From a virus, in the IMG/VR virus record IMGVR_UViG_3300027771_000009, positions 16,881 to 80,880 of that record: a DNA stretch of 64,000 nt. The stretch is one strand, 5' to 3'. Positions 20,501 to 29,591 of this stretch are shown here, piece after piece (the first letter of the stretch is position 1; every line of letters starts with the position of its first letter). Both the position numbers and the translations under genes were made by a program. Below the pieces are notes generated by a model. That model worked only from the letters and a program-made list of their open reading frames with translations, did not search any database and was not told where the DNA came from.

Positions 20501-23500
20501 GGTGGATTCGCAAATTACCAAATTGGATACGATTTAACTGGTGGACAAGCTGAATACGCAACGAACTCAATGCTTACCATAAACGATAGTGGAAACGCAT
20601 TTTTCAAAGGGTATGTATCAGCTACGAGTTTTAGACCAACTAACATAGTAACAAATAGAATTGTTAAATTTGATGGAACTGATTTAGATGATTCTATAAT
20701 GAGTGATGATGGTTCTACTGTAACTCTTAGTGGTAATTTAAGTGTAACTGGTAACATTGTTGGTGACCTAAGTGGTGTTGCTAATGATGCAAATAGATTA
20801 AAAGCCGAAGATAATAGAACTATCTCACCATCGGAATTAGGTGTAGGTAGATTAAAATTTGGATTCACATCATACAATAATAATAATTCAGGTCCTTGGG
20901 CTGATTTCTTACATCTACGTTCGTACACCGATTCATCTGGTGGCTCGGATAACTTAGTGATGTTTAATAAGAGTGGTATTGGAATGAGAATCTGGCAACA
21001 AAGCTTCGGTTCTGCAACCGCATACTCATCTTATGTAGATGTGTTAGATACTGGTGCTGGTAACCAAACAAAGAGTGGATATATACAATCCAATTCTTCG
21101 TTAAGAGCACCGATATTCTACGATTCAAACAATACTGGGTATTATGTAAATCCAGGAGCTACTGATTATTCAGCTGTATTTAGACAGCACGTTACAATAG
21201 GGGATAGTTCACAATATAAACCTAACTCAGGTAATTGGGGAGCAAGATTGAACGTAGTAGATAATGTCCATGCTAAAATAACAGTTGGGCAAGATGCTAA
21301 CGATATGTTGAGTGTATGGTATGCTCATACAGGACAATCATCTGCTAAATTTGGAATGGAATCAAACCATAACTTAGAATTTATTACAAATAATAGTACT
21401 AAGTTAACAATTGATACTAACGGTAACACCCAAGCAACAACCTCGTTAAGAGCACCGATTTTCTATGATTCAAATGATACTGGAAGATATGTAAATCCAA
21501 ATGGTACATCACAACTGGGTACTATCAATATGAACAATGGTAATTTAACCGGAGTTAATCATATTACTATTAATGACCCTGGCCCAACTGAAGGTATTTC
21601 TTGGGCTGGTGGCAATCTTTGGAGAATTGTAGAATCACCTGATAATATATCAACTAATAGCGGTGGTAATTTACAAATAATTCAAAACTCTACCCGTAGA
21701 GCAACATTTAGAACTGATGGAAGTTTAAATTTACCATCTGGTGTGTTATTATCAAATGTAACAACAAATTGGCAACAATCTGCTAATAAAACAAACTTAT
21801 TAAGAGGAGGTTCTTTTAGTAATACATTAAGCAACGATACATCAACCATAAAAATATTCCCAGCAACTGCTGGTAGAGGAATTGGAAACTATTGGGGTGG
21901 TATGTACTTCATGCACTTAGACCCTCAGAATTCTGGATGGGGCTCATCTTATACTGGTGGGCAAATGTGGATTGGTGGTAGAGTAATTGACCAACCTGGT
22001 CAAGAACGAAGTGCATTAGTATTCGCTACAAATAATTCAACAAGTGCAGGTTCACATCCATCTGAGAGAATGACTATTTTACCTGATGGTAATGTGTTAA
22101 TCGGACAAACTTCGGTATCATATACAAATTCAGATAATACTCCGTTAGTGGGTGCTAAAACAAATAGTAAGTTACACATCAACGGTGGGATACAATTAAC
22201 TAACGACAACGATGCTATCGTATTTGGTAGAGGTACTTCTACCTTTATGAAAGATGAAGAGCTTGGCTTCGGATGGGGTGGTGGTTTATATATGACCGAT
22301 ACTACTTACCTAAGAATCCGAAATAATAAAATTGTTTACAATACTAATGAATTTAGAGGTAATTTATTTAGAGATGTTAATAATTCCGCATACTATGTAG
22401 ACCCAGCATCAACATCAAACTTAAATTCAATTACCGCTCAAGCAATAACTGTAAAGGGTAATCAGGTAAGAACTTATAAGCATTCTGGTTCTGATTTTAC
22501 AAATGGTACATTAGTACAAACTGATATACCATCATCATCAACTTCAGGAGCATCATTTGTGTTAGAGGCAACTGGTAAAAGTTATAGTGCGGATACTCCA
22601 TTCTCATTTATGGCACAGGGGTATTTGTATAATAACACTATTATAAATTCAAGTGGTGTACACTTTGGTAAACCAGGGTTCACTCAAATGAAGGTATTTA
22701 ATAATGGTGGAACATTAGCATTCTGGTGGCCAAGAGTATCTTATTGGAATTCATTCTCAGTTAACGTTAGAGATGCTGGTGGTAGTGAGTTTAATAGAGT
22801 AACCTCTATTGGTAACTCAACTGAACCAACTGGTACTAAGAAGGTAACGATAACAATGAAGGTATCGACTGTGTATAACCAAAACATCAATACTGGTGAT
22901 TTATACGCAACTCGTTATTATGATTCAAATAGTACTGGTTATTATTTAGACCCTGCTTCTACATCATACTTAAATGATGTAAGAGCTGATATATTTTACG
23001 ATAGGAATGATACAAACTATTACACAAACCCAGCTTCAACTTCTAGGTTAAATACTGCTAATATAACAACATTAAATACCTATGGTACAACTACTTTAGG
23101 TAATGGTAACAATGATACAACTAATATCAATGATACTCTTAAATTATGGGCTACCGATAGTGGTGATGCTCACTTCTACTTTGGTGAAAGTTCATCTAGT
23201 GGATATGGTGACCATTATTATTGGGATAGTAGTTATACAACATATCATTACAGTAGAAATGCTGGAACTGATTCATTAATATCGAAACATGATACTCGTA
23301 ATACCGATAGGATAACATATGGTAGAAATATTTCGTTTGATGATTATGGTAAGGGAATTACAGGTAGATACTCAGCAAGTAGATACCAATTACTATTCTC
23401 TATGGGGGATGCATATCAACTGCCTGATAGTGGTACAAGTACTGGTAACTTATATGGTGTAGCTTGGTCACATCCAAACGCTGGAGGTGCTGCAAGTAAC

Positions 23501-26500
23501 CTAAATGACCACGGTATGTTAATTCTACTGAATGGTACTTTTAAGGCAGCAATATCAAGTAGAGCAGTATTTACAGATGAAGTAAGAGGAACATTATTCA
23601 GAGATTATAATAGTAGTGGATATTACTTAGACCCTGCATCAACATCAAACTTAAATGTTGTAAATGCAAATACATTTAATGGTACTTTTAATGGTACATT
23701 AACTGGTACGGCTCAAAACGCAAATCATTTAAATACAACGAGAGATACTCCTGAGAACTCATTACAATATTGGCAAGCATCTGGTCTTGGTATTACTGAG
23801 GCACCAACAACGGATTGGCATAATACTATAAGAATGGGACATGGTTCACCATTATCCTATTATAGTAATACATTGGCAATTCGTATGACTGGTTCTAATG
23901 TGGGTGATATCTACACCCAAACCATTCAGAGTGGTAATAGACAAGGTTGGAAAAGACATTGGAATGATGGTATAGCTATTAATTCAACATATGATATATC
24001 GGCACCAATATTCTATGATATAAATAATACTGGATATTATGTAAACGCTGCTTCAACTTCTAGATTTAATAGATTAGACTTCGGTAATAGTTCGTATTAC
24101 ATTCACTCTGGTGATTGGGGTATGCGAAACACAACACCATCTGGTTGGATTCAATTTGGACCTGCTAATACAAGTCATGCACACATTTATACTGATAGAA
24201 GTAACTTCTACTTTAATAAACAGATTAATGTATTGGGTGGTTCTCAGATGAATCAAAGTGATGTTAGAGGTAACATATTCTATACTAAGAATAATACTGC
24301 ATATTATATTGATGGTGACGGTCAATCTAGATTAAATACGCTTACCTTAGTTGGTAATCGGATTGGATTCGTTAACACATCATTTGATGCTGAAATTAGA
24401 GTAAGTGATGATAATCCAAACGGAACTGGAGCTGAATTTGTATTCTATGGTGATACTCTTGCTGGACATGCACAACTTACTGCTAAGGTTGGTAACTTTA
24501 CATCAAATGTAAGAACTCCGATAATGTACGATTCAAATGATACTTCGTATTATATAAATGCAGCATCCGATAGTAGACTGAATGGAAAATTACAAGTAGA
24601 TGGTTCACATGGTGATACACAAATAGGTCTTAGATTACCTGCGGCTAGCAACGGAGCTGGTACTGGTGATGTAAATTTACAAATGTGGGTTTCTGAACCA
24701 GGTAATACTTGGGATTGGGCTGGATTTGGATATAACGTTAGTAATAGTATTAATGGTGGTGGTGGTGCACCAAACTTTGGTAGACATAATACTTCACATG
24801 GACAGGGGTATATGAGATTCAGTACTGGTGGTGATATCTATTTCTATAACACAAATACATCAGGTACTCGTTATCAGACGATGTCGTGGAACGCAAATAA
24901 CACTGTTACTGCTAACAACTATTTAACTGGAACAAATTCATTAAGAGCACCAATTTTCTATGATTCAAATGATACTGGACATTACTTAAATCCTGCATCT
25001 ACTTCTAGACTTAATAGAATAGATGTTGATATAATGTATGATAGAGATAATACATCATATTATGTTAGACCTGGTTCAACATCGTTATTTAATGATGCAA
25101 GAGCTAACATATTCTATTCTCGTAGTAATACTGGATACTATTCAGATCCTGAATCGACATCACGTCTAAATCAGGTAACTGCTAACTCAATTGATGCAAC
25201 TAACATTAACAATACGGATGTATGGTCTGGTGATATTAATGTTGGGGGTGATGCAAATACATATTATCCTGTAACGTGGTATGGTGGAAATCAAGCTATT
25301 GTTTGTGAGATAGAAATTTATAGAAATTACAATGAAACCGCACCTTGGGACCCAATCGGAACAGGATCTCATAAAGGTGGATTAACGTTCAGACATACTA
25401 CCAACTTTGGTGGATGGGGTGGAGCATCCTATGAAAGCAATATTGAAGATTTTAGAGAATCATATACAACAATGGTAGCTGATGTACAAAGATTCGCTAA
25501 TAGTAGAGGATGGTGTATATGGTTAAGAGGTGGTGGAGCAGTATATCACGTTAGAATTAAAGGTAGAAGTGTTGGACCAACTGTAACCCTTGGAGCTTAT
25601 GACCCTGGTGGTAATGGTACTGGTGTTACATCAAGAACTGATACACCTAAAACTAATTTATATAGTAGATTTCATTTACGTAATCAATACGTATATGCTG
25701 ATAGATTTTATGATAACAATAATACTGGATATTACTTAGACCCTGCATCTACATCGTATTTAAATGATGTAAGGGCTAACATTTACTATGAAAGAGAAAA
25801 CACCGCATACTACTTTGGTAGTTCGCAAGGTGATTTCAGAATGAGAAATGGTAGAATGGGTAGTGTTACCATTGAAAATGGTTCAACTCTTACATCGGTT
25901 AATGGAAATGGTAGAATTTATATGGGTGGTAACTTCCATATTGATGCATATAATGGAAACGATATCTATGTAAACTATTATTCTAATAGAAGATTCAGAG
26001 TATTCAATGGTTCATCTAATGAATCGTTTAGAGTAGATACTGATAGAATTGTTTACGCATACTCACAACTTCGTACTCCAATTGTTTACGATTATAATGA
26101 TACTGGATATTATTCAGACCCTAGAAGTACATCTAGATTCAATGAGATGCGTGCAACGTATAGATTACACATTGGTGATGAATCTAATTTATACAATGGT
26201 GTAGTTGGTGAAGCTCGTAGACCTGACTTAACTATTAAAGGACAGTATCCTCAGTTAAACTTAATGTCATCTGAGATTAACAATAGTACTCATGGACCTA
26301 CTCTTAGATTTGTTGCATATGATGGTGCAAACGCATCTTCTGGTAACAAAAAACATTGGGTAATTGGTACTGCTGGTACAAACGCAACCGCATTACACTT
26401 TGGATACACTCCAAATAACAATAATCCTCATTATGGAATTGGACAAGGTTGGAGTAGTGGAAACAATGTTTCTATGTTCTGGTTACAAAACGATAGACAT

Positions 26501-29485
26501 GTTTACGCTCAAAATGATGTAAGAGCTGGATTATTCAGAGATAGAAATAATACTGGATATTACGTAGACCCGGCATCTAATTCTGTTTTAAACACAGCAA
26601 CTTATAATGGTACGATACGACTTAATACTCGTCATGGTACGGTAGCAACTAACTATGGTTATGGTAACTATGGTGTATATAGTGCTTCTAGGTATCAATT
26701 ATTATGGTCAATGGGTACTTCATACAATTTACCGAATGGTGGTGAAAACACTGGTAACTTATATGGTGTAGCTTGGTCACATCCAAACGCTGGAGGTGCT
26801 GCAAGTAACCTAAATGACCACGGTATGTTAATTCTACTGAATGGTACTTTTAAGGCAGCAATATCAAGTAGAGCAGTATTTACAAATGAAGTAAGAGGAA
26901 CATTATTCAGAGATTATAATAGTAGTGGATATTACTTAGACCCTGCATCAACATCAAACTTAAATGCAGTAAATGCCAACTCTATGAATGTTGGTGGTTC
27001 ACCGGTTGTAACTGGTACGTCTATTCAAAACTACACTCGTAATGTAGATGATGGTAATTTCTTCAATATTACGGATGATATGAACGCTACTGAAGTTGCT
27101 CGTCAAGTTTCTGGTGGAGGTGGAACTTCTAGACTTACTAAAGTGGATGATAACACCGCACCAGCTGCTGGTTGTTTCGAAGTAAACGGACAGTGGTCCC
27201 CAACTCATTCGGATTACATCAAAATTGATGCAAACTCCGAATATGTGTTCGAAGTTTGGATAAAATATGTTGCAGGTACTGATAGTAGTTGTGCATTGTA
27301 TATGGGTGGTTCCGCATATAACGCTTCAAAATCATACTTTGGTAATACAAATAGATATTGGGCAGCATCTTATGTAGAAGTCGATTCTAATACTAGAAAC
27401 AATGGTTGGTATAAAATAAGTGGTAAAATTGGTGGTATTGGTGGAACGGCATTTACGGCAGGAACTGAATACATCAGACCGTTATTCTTATTTAACTATG
27501 CTGGTAATAGTACACATAGAACGAGGTATTGTGGATTAAAACTTTACAAATCGGAAAAGACAGTTAGTAAATTACACTTCCATAGTCAAGGTAGATATGT
27601 ACACACCGAATCGGATGAATTGTATCCATTCTTACGTGGAGAAGGTAATCAATCTCTAGTAATCCAATCTGGTACAGGTTGGGCTAAAATGGGTTCTAGA
27701 AACACATCACATTTACATATGGAAACGGATAGAAGTTCTTGGTACTTCTATAATCGTATTGAAACTCCATCTGATATTAGAGCAGGTTTATTCTACGATA
27801 GAAATAATACTGCTTATGTAGCAAATCCCGCTTCTACATCGTACTTTAACGATATGAGGGCAAATATCTTCTATGATAGAAACAATGCTTCATATTATGG
27901 ACATTTCGATTCTACATCTCGATTTAATAGAGCAGATTTAAACGATACTCGTTCAGATATATTCTACGATAGAAATGACACTGGTTATTATATAAATCCT
28001 GCTAGTGTTAACTCTTCTCGATTCGAAGGAGTTAATGATAGAACGAGAGCACAATTAGGAAACGCCGCATCACGTCATAGTAGTGCAGCTACATTCATGC
28101 GTAGACCAAACTATACATCTGACCAAAACTATTGGGTAGGTTCAATGGGGTGGGGTACTCAGAATATGAACAACGTATTCAATTGGGGTTCTGGATTTAC
28201 TGATTCTTGGTCTAATCCAGGTAATCAACCATCTGGTACATCGCATTGGGTAGGTATACAATCACTACACTATACTAATGGTTCAACTCGTTATGGTTGG
28301 CAAATGACTGGTGGTCCAATTGATAACCTACGATTCAGAAATCAATGGGGTGGTTCACCAAAAGCTTGGAGAACTATTCCTGTACTTGATATCAATAACG
28401 GTAATGGTGGTTCAATGTATGCGGGCAGATATTATGATTCAAATAATACTGGATATTACGCAGACCCTGCATCTACATCTGTATTTAATGCATTAACTGT
28501 AAACGGAACATTATCAGCAAATTTACCTTGGAGTAGAGTTACTTCAAAACCTGATGGTTGGTTAAATGCAGGAACTCTAACCAGAAATGCGGCACCAACT
28601 GGAATTAAGCCAAGTGGGTTCTATGATTCATATCAAGGTTCTGGAAATCCTACTGGTACTTGGATGTCTTACTATAATGTACGACATACCAACAGCGGCA
28701 ACAACTACGGTCATCAGGCTGGTATGAGTTTCTATGATGATACCTTTTGGTTTAGAGCGTTTACAAACAATAGTTATAGACAATGGCAATTTGTACTATC
28801 ATCTAATGGCACTGCACAAACAAAATCAGGTGTATTACAATCCAACTCATCTTTAAGAGCACCGATATTCTACGATAAGGATAATACTGGGTATTATACA
28901 AAGCAAAGTGGTGTATCGGAAATGTCAAATATAGCTATTGATAGTTACATCAGACATAGAGGTGATACTAACACATATATGCAGTTCCATGCGGCTGACC
29001 AATGGAGAGTTGTAACTGGTGGTACTGAAAGATTTGAGGTGAATAACTCTCAAATCTATATGACTAGAGAATTGAGATGTACACAAGATGTTATCGCATT
29101 TTATTCTGATGAAAGATTAAAAGAAAAGACTGGTAAGATTGAATCTCCATTAGATAAGATTTCTCAATTGGATGCATTCTATTATGTAAATAATGATTTA
29201 GCAAAATCAGTTGGATATGAAGATGATAAACAACAAATAGGTTTATCAGCTCAGCAAGTTAAAGAAGTAATGCCTGAGGTTGTTCATTCAGCACCATTCG
29301 ATACTGATTTTGATGAGGATGGTAATATGTTCTCTACATCTGGTGAAGATTACTTAACTCTTAAATACGATAGATTAGTTCCATTATTAGTTGAAGGTAT
29401 TAAAGAACAAACTGAAATTGTGAAATCTCAACAAAGAGAAATAGATGAATTGAAGGAAATGGTAAAACTTTTACTAAATAAATAA
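17570..29485 (+). CDS. Giant tail fibre (3971 aa) with C-terminal intramolecular chaperone (peptidase S74-like)
   Basis: YSDERLKE...IGLSAQQVKEVMPEVV...YDRLVPLLVEGIKE plus coiled coil; Gly-X-Y tract; about 22 FYDxNNTGYYxDPASTS linkers. Confidence 0.85.
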   Translation: MKYTGKNPNGLNQISQSLLSLDVNGVEQLNISTDSVIINTELSVEKGISAVSYTGSVFSGSEVVTSTLTADGIVVGTIDGTIISGTEFSGSFSGSFEGDGNSITNIPTSALVGDINRIAEGDSNATITDDKLSINVDTDITGSVLVTNTLSASFVEGDGSRLFNISADSVGDINRLQSGSATAIISPNEGLVTNVGIVTQKYLGVSGSANIAGDLDVEGTATIQNLNVEGIITTTELKATYISSSIIYATGSNKFGDDSSAVQEFTGSVRIKDTIQIPKYSSDPASGRVGEIYYNDTDTNIYRYTGTEWLEAAGTAGSSGTSGTSGTSGTSGSSGTSGTSGSSGTSGEDGTDGSGGTSGTSGTSGTSGTSGSGGTSGSGGTSGTSGTSGTSGSGGTSGTSGSSGTSGTSGSSGEDGTDGSEGTSGTSGTSGTSGTSGSSGTKGTAGSGGTSGSSGFGSSGTSGSGGTAGTGGSGGTSGTSGTSGTSGTSGTSGEDGTGGTSGTSGTSGTSGTNGTAGTGGSGGTSGTSGTSGTSGTSGTSGTSGLDGATGTGGATGTSGTSGTSGTSGTSGTTGTSGTSGTSGTSGTNATAGSGGTAGTSGTSGTSGTSGTSGVDGTSGTSGTSGTSGTSGTNGTAGSGGTNGTAGTGGTSGTNGTAGTGGTNGTAGSGGTSGSGGTNGTAGTGGTSGTNGTAGTAGTGGTNGTAGSGGTSGTSGTSGTSGTSGTSGTTGTSGTSGTSGTSGTNGTAGSGGTNGTAGSGGTSGTNGTAGSGGTSGALALTGTTNNGLLTYDGTGANVESNLTFDGTTLNLTGNLNVTGTQTTVNTEIIQLADNIITLNSNFTTGTPSENAGIEVLRGSSSTKSFYWKESSDRWYSDSNFEVFGDLYTQRINTGQGLTEVYNMNQNVRSTDSPTFDGLTIGDSGNTGTTLNIIATNTAGSGAQTAMINMSGYEGRAIGTMFTDVSYSGREWFAGLRYSGGFANYQIGYDLTGGQAEYATNSMLTINDSGNAFFKGYVSATSFRPTNIVTNRIVKFDGTDLDDSIMSDDGSTVTLSGNLSVTGNIVGDLSGVANDANRLKAEDNRTISPSELGVGRLKFGFTSYNNNNSGPWADFLHLRSYTDSSGGSDNLVMFNKSGIGMRIWQQSFGSATAYSSYVDVLDTGAGNQTKSGYIQSNSSLRAPIFYDSNNTGYYVNPGATDYSAVFRQHVTIGDSSQYKPNSGNWGARLNVVDNVHAKITVGQDANDMLSVWYAHTGQSSAKFGMESNHNLEFITNNSTKLTIDTNGNTQATTSLRAPIFYDSNDTGRYVNPNGTSQLGTINMNNGNLTGVNHITINDPGPTEGISWAGGNLWRIVESPDNISTNSGGNLQIIQNSTRRATFRTDGSLNLPSGVLLSNVTTNWQQSANKTNLLRGGSFSNTLSNDTSTIKIFPATAGRGIGNYWGGMYFMHLDPQNSGWGSSYTGGQMWIGGRVIDQPGQERSALVFATNNSTSAGSHPSERMTILPDGNVLIGQTSVSYTNSDNTPLVGAKTNSKLHINGGIQLTNDNDAIVFGRGTSTFMKDEELGFGWGGGLYMTDTTYLRIRNNKIVYNTNEFRGNLFRDVNNSAYYVDPASTSNLNSITAQAITVKGNQVRTYKHSGSDFTNGTLVQTDIPSSSTSGASFVLEATGKSYSADTPFSFMAQGYLYNNTIINSSGVHFGKPGFTQMKVFNNGGTLAFWWPRVSYWNSFSVNVRDAGGSEFNRVTSIGNSTEPTGTKKVTITMKVSTVYNQNINTGDLYATRYYDSNSTGYYLDPASTSYLNDVRADIFYDRNDTNYYTNPASTSRLNTANITTLNTYGTTTLGNGNNDTTNINDTLKLWATDSGDAHFYFGESSSSGYGDHYYWDSSYTTYHYSRNAGTDSLISKHDTRNTDRITYGRNISFDDYGKGITGRYSASRYQLLFSMGDAYQLPDSGTSTGNLYGVAWSHPNAGGAASNLNDHGMLILLNGTFKAAISSRAVFTDEVRGTLFRDYNSSGYYLDPASTSNLNVVNANTFNGTFNGTLTGTAQNANHLNTTRDTPENSLQYWQASGLGITEAPTTDWHNTIRMGHGSPLSYYSNTLAIRMTGSNVGDIYTQTIQSGNRQGWKRHWNDGIAINSTYDISAPIFYDINNTGYYVNAASTSRFNRLDFGNSSYYIHSGDWGMRNTTPSGWIQFGPANTSHAHIYTDRSNFYFNKQINVLGGSQMNQSDVRGNIFYTKNNTAYYIDGDGQSRLNTLTLVGNRIGFVNTSFDAEIRVSDDNPNGTGAEFVFYGDTLAGHAQLTAKVGNFTSNVRTPIMYDSNDTSYYINAASDSRLNGKLQVDGSHGDTQIGLRLPAASNGAGTGDVNLQMWVSEPGNTWDWAGFGYNVSNSINGGGGAPNFGRHNTSHGQGYMRFSTGGDIYFYNTNTSGTRYQTMSWNANNTVTANNYLTGTNSLRAPIFYDSNDTGHYLNPASTSRLNRIDVDIMYDRDNTSYYVRPGSTSLFNDARANIFYSRSNTGYYSDPESTSRLNQVTANSIDATNINNTDVWSGDINVGGDANTYYPVTWYGGNQAIVCEIEIYRNYNETAPWDPIGTGSHKGGLTFRHTTNFGGWGGASYESNIEDFRESYTTMVADVQRFANSRGWCIWLRGGGAVYHVRIKGRSVGPTVTLGAYDPGGNGTGVTSRTDTPKTNLYSRFHLRNQYVYADRFYDNNNTGYYLDPASTSYLNDVRANIYYERENTAYYFGSSQGDFRMRNGRMGSVTIENGSTLTSVNGNGRIYMGGNFHIDAYNGNDIYVNYYSNRRFRVFNGSSNESFRVDTDRIVYAYSQLRTPIVYDYNDTGYYSDPRSTSRFNEMRATYRLHIGDESNLYNGVVGEARRPDLTIKGQYPQLNLMSSEINNSTHGPTLRFVAYDGANASSGNKKHWVIGTAGTNATALHFGYTPNNNNPHYGIGQGWSSGNNVSMFWLQNDRHVYAQNDVRAGLFRDRNNTGYYVDPASNSVLNTATYNGTIRLNTRHGTVATNYGYGNYGVYSASRYQLLWSMGTSYNLPNGGENTGNLYGVAWSHPNAGGAASNLNDHGMLILLNGTFKAAISSRAVFTNEVRGTLFRDYNSSGYYLDPASTSNLNAVNANSMNVGGSPVVTGTSIQNYTRNVDDGNFFNITDDMNATEVARQVSGGGGTSRLTKVDDNTAPAAGCFEVNGQWSPTHSDYIKIDANSEYVFEVWIKYVAGTDSSCALYMGGSAYNASKSYFGNTNRYWAASYVEVDSNTRNNGWYKISGKIGGIGGTAFTAGTEYIRPLFLFNYAGNSTHRTRYCGLKLYKSEKTVSKLHFHSQGRYVHTESDELYPFLRGEGNQSLVIQSGTGWAKMGSRNTSHLHMETDRSSWYFYNRIETPSDIRAGLFYDRNNTAYVANPASTSYFNDMRANIFYDRNNASYYGHFDSTSRFNRADLNDTRSDIFYDRNDTGYYINPASVNSSRFEGVNDRTRAQLGNAASRHSSAATFMRRPNYTSDQNYWVGSMGWGTQNMNNVFNWGSGFTDSWSNPGNQPSGTSHWVGIQSLHYTNGSTRYGWQMTGGPIDNLRFRNQWGGSPKAWRTIPVLDINNGNGGSMYAGRYYDSNNTGYYADPASTSVFNALTVNGTLSANLPWSRVTSKPDGWLNAGTLTRNAAPTGIKPSGFYDSYQGSGNPTGTWMSYYNVRHTNSGNNYGHQAGMSFYDDTFWFRAFTNNSYRQWQFVLSSNGTAQTKSGVLQSNSSLRAPIFYDKDNTGYYTKQSGVSEMSNIAIDSYIRHRGDTNTYMQFHAADQWRVVTGGTERFEVNNSQIYMTRELRCTQDVIAFYSDERLKEKTGKIESPLDKISQLDAFYYVNNDLAKSVGYEDDKQQIGLSAQQVKEVMPEVVHSAPFDTDFDEDGNMFSTSGEDYLTLKYDRLVPLLVEGIKEQTEIVKSQQREIDELKEMVKLLLNK
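18509..19894 (+). repeat. Coding Gly-X-Y tract (GTS/GTA/GSG/GTN)
   Basis: About 460 codons with Gly at almost every third position and no Pro. Confidence 0.95.
23441..23657 (+). repeat. 217-bp direct repeat, copy 1
   Basis: Matches 26750..26966 with one mismatch (GAT/AAT); offset 3309 nt. Confidence 0.9.
26750..26966 (+). repeat. 217-bp direct repeat, copy 2
   Basis: See copy 1. Confidence 0.9.
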
Positions 29486-29591
29486 AAAAAACACCTATGA
29501 CTATAACCAATTTACTCTTTTGAGTTTTTTGGTTATATTTATAGTTGTATTTGGTATAAAATCAAAATAAACTTATTGGAGAAATAAAAAT

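Noticed and set aside
23441-26966. 217-bp repeat pair as a diversity-generating retroelement TR/VR
   Set aside because: Only one mismatch (A/G), both copies are internal to the same CDS, and there is no reverse transcriptase in the window.
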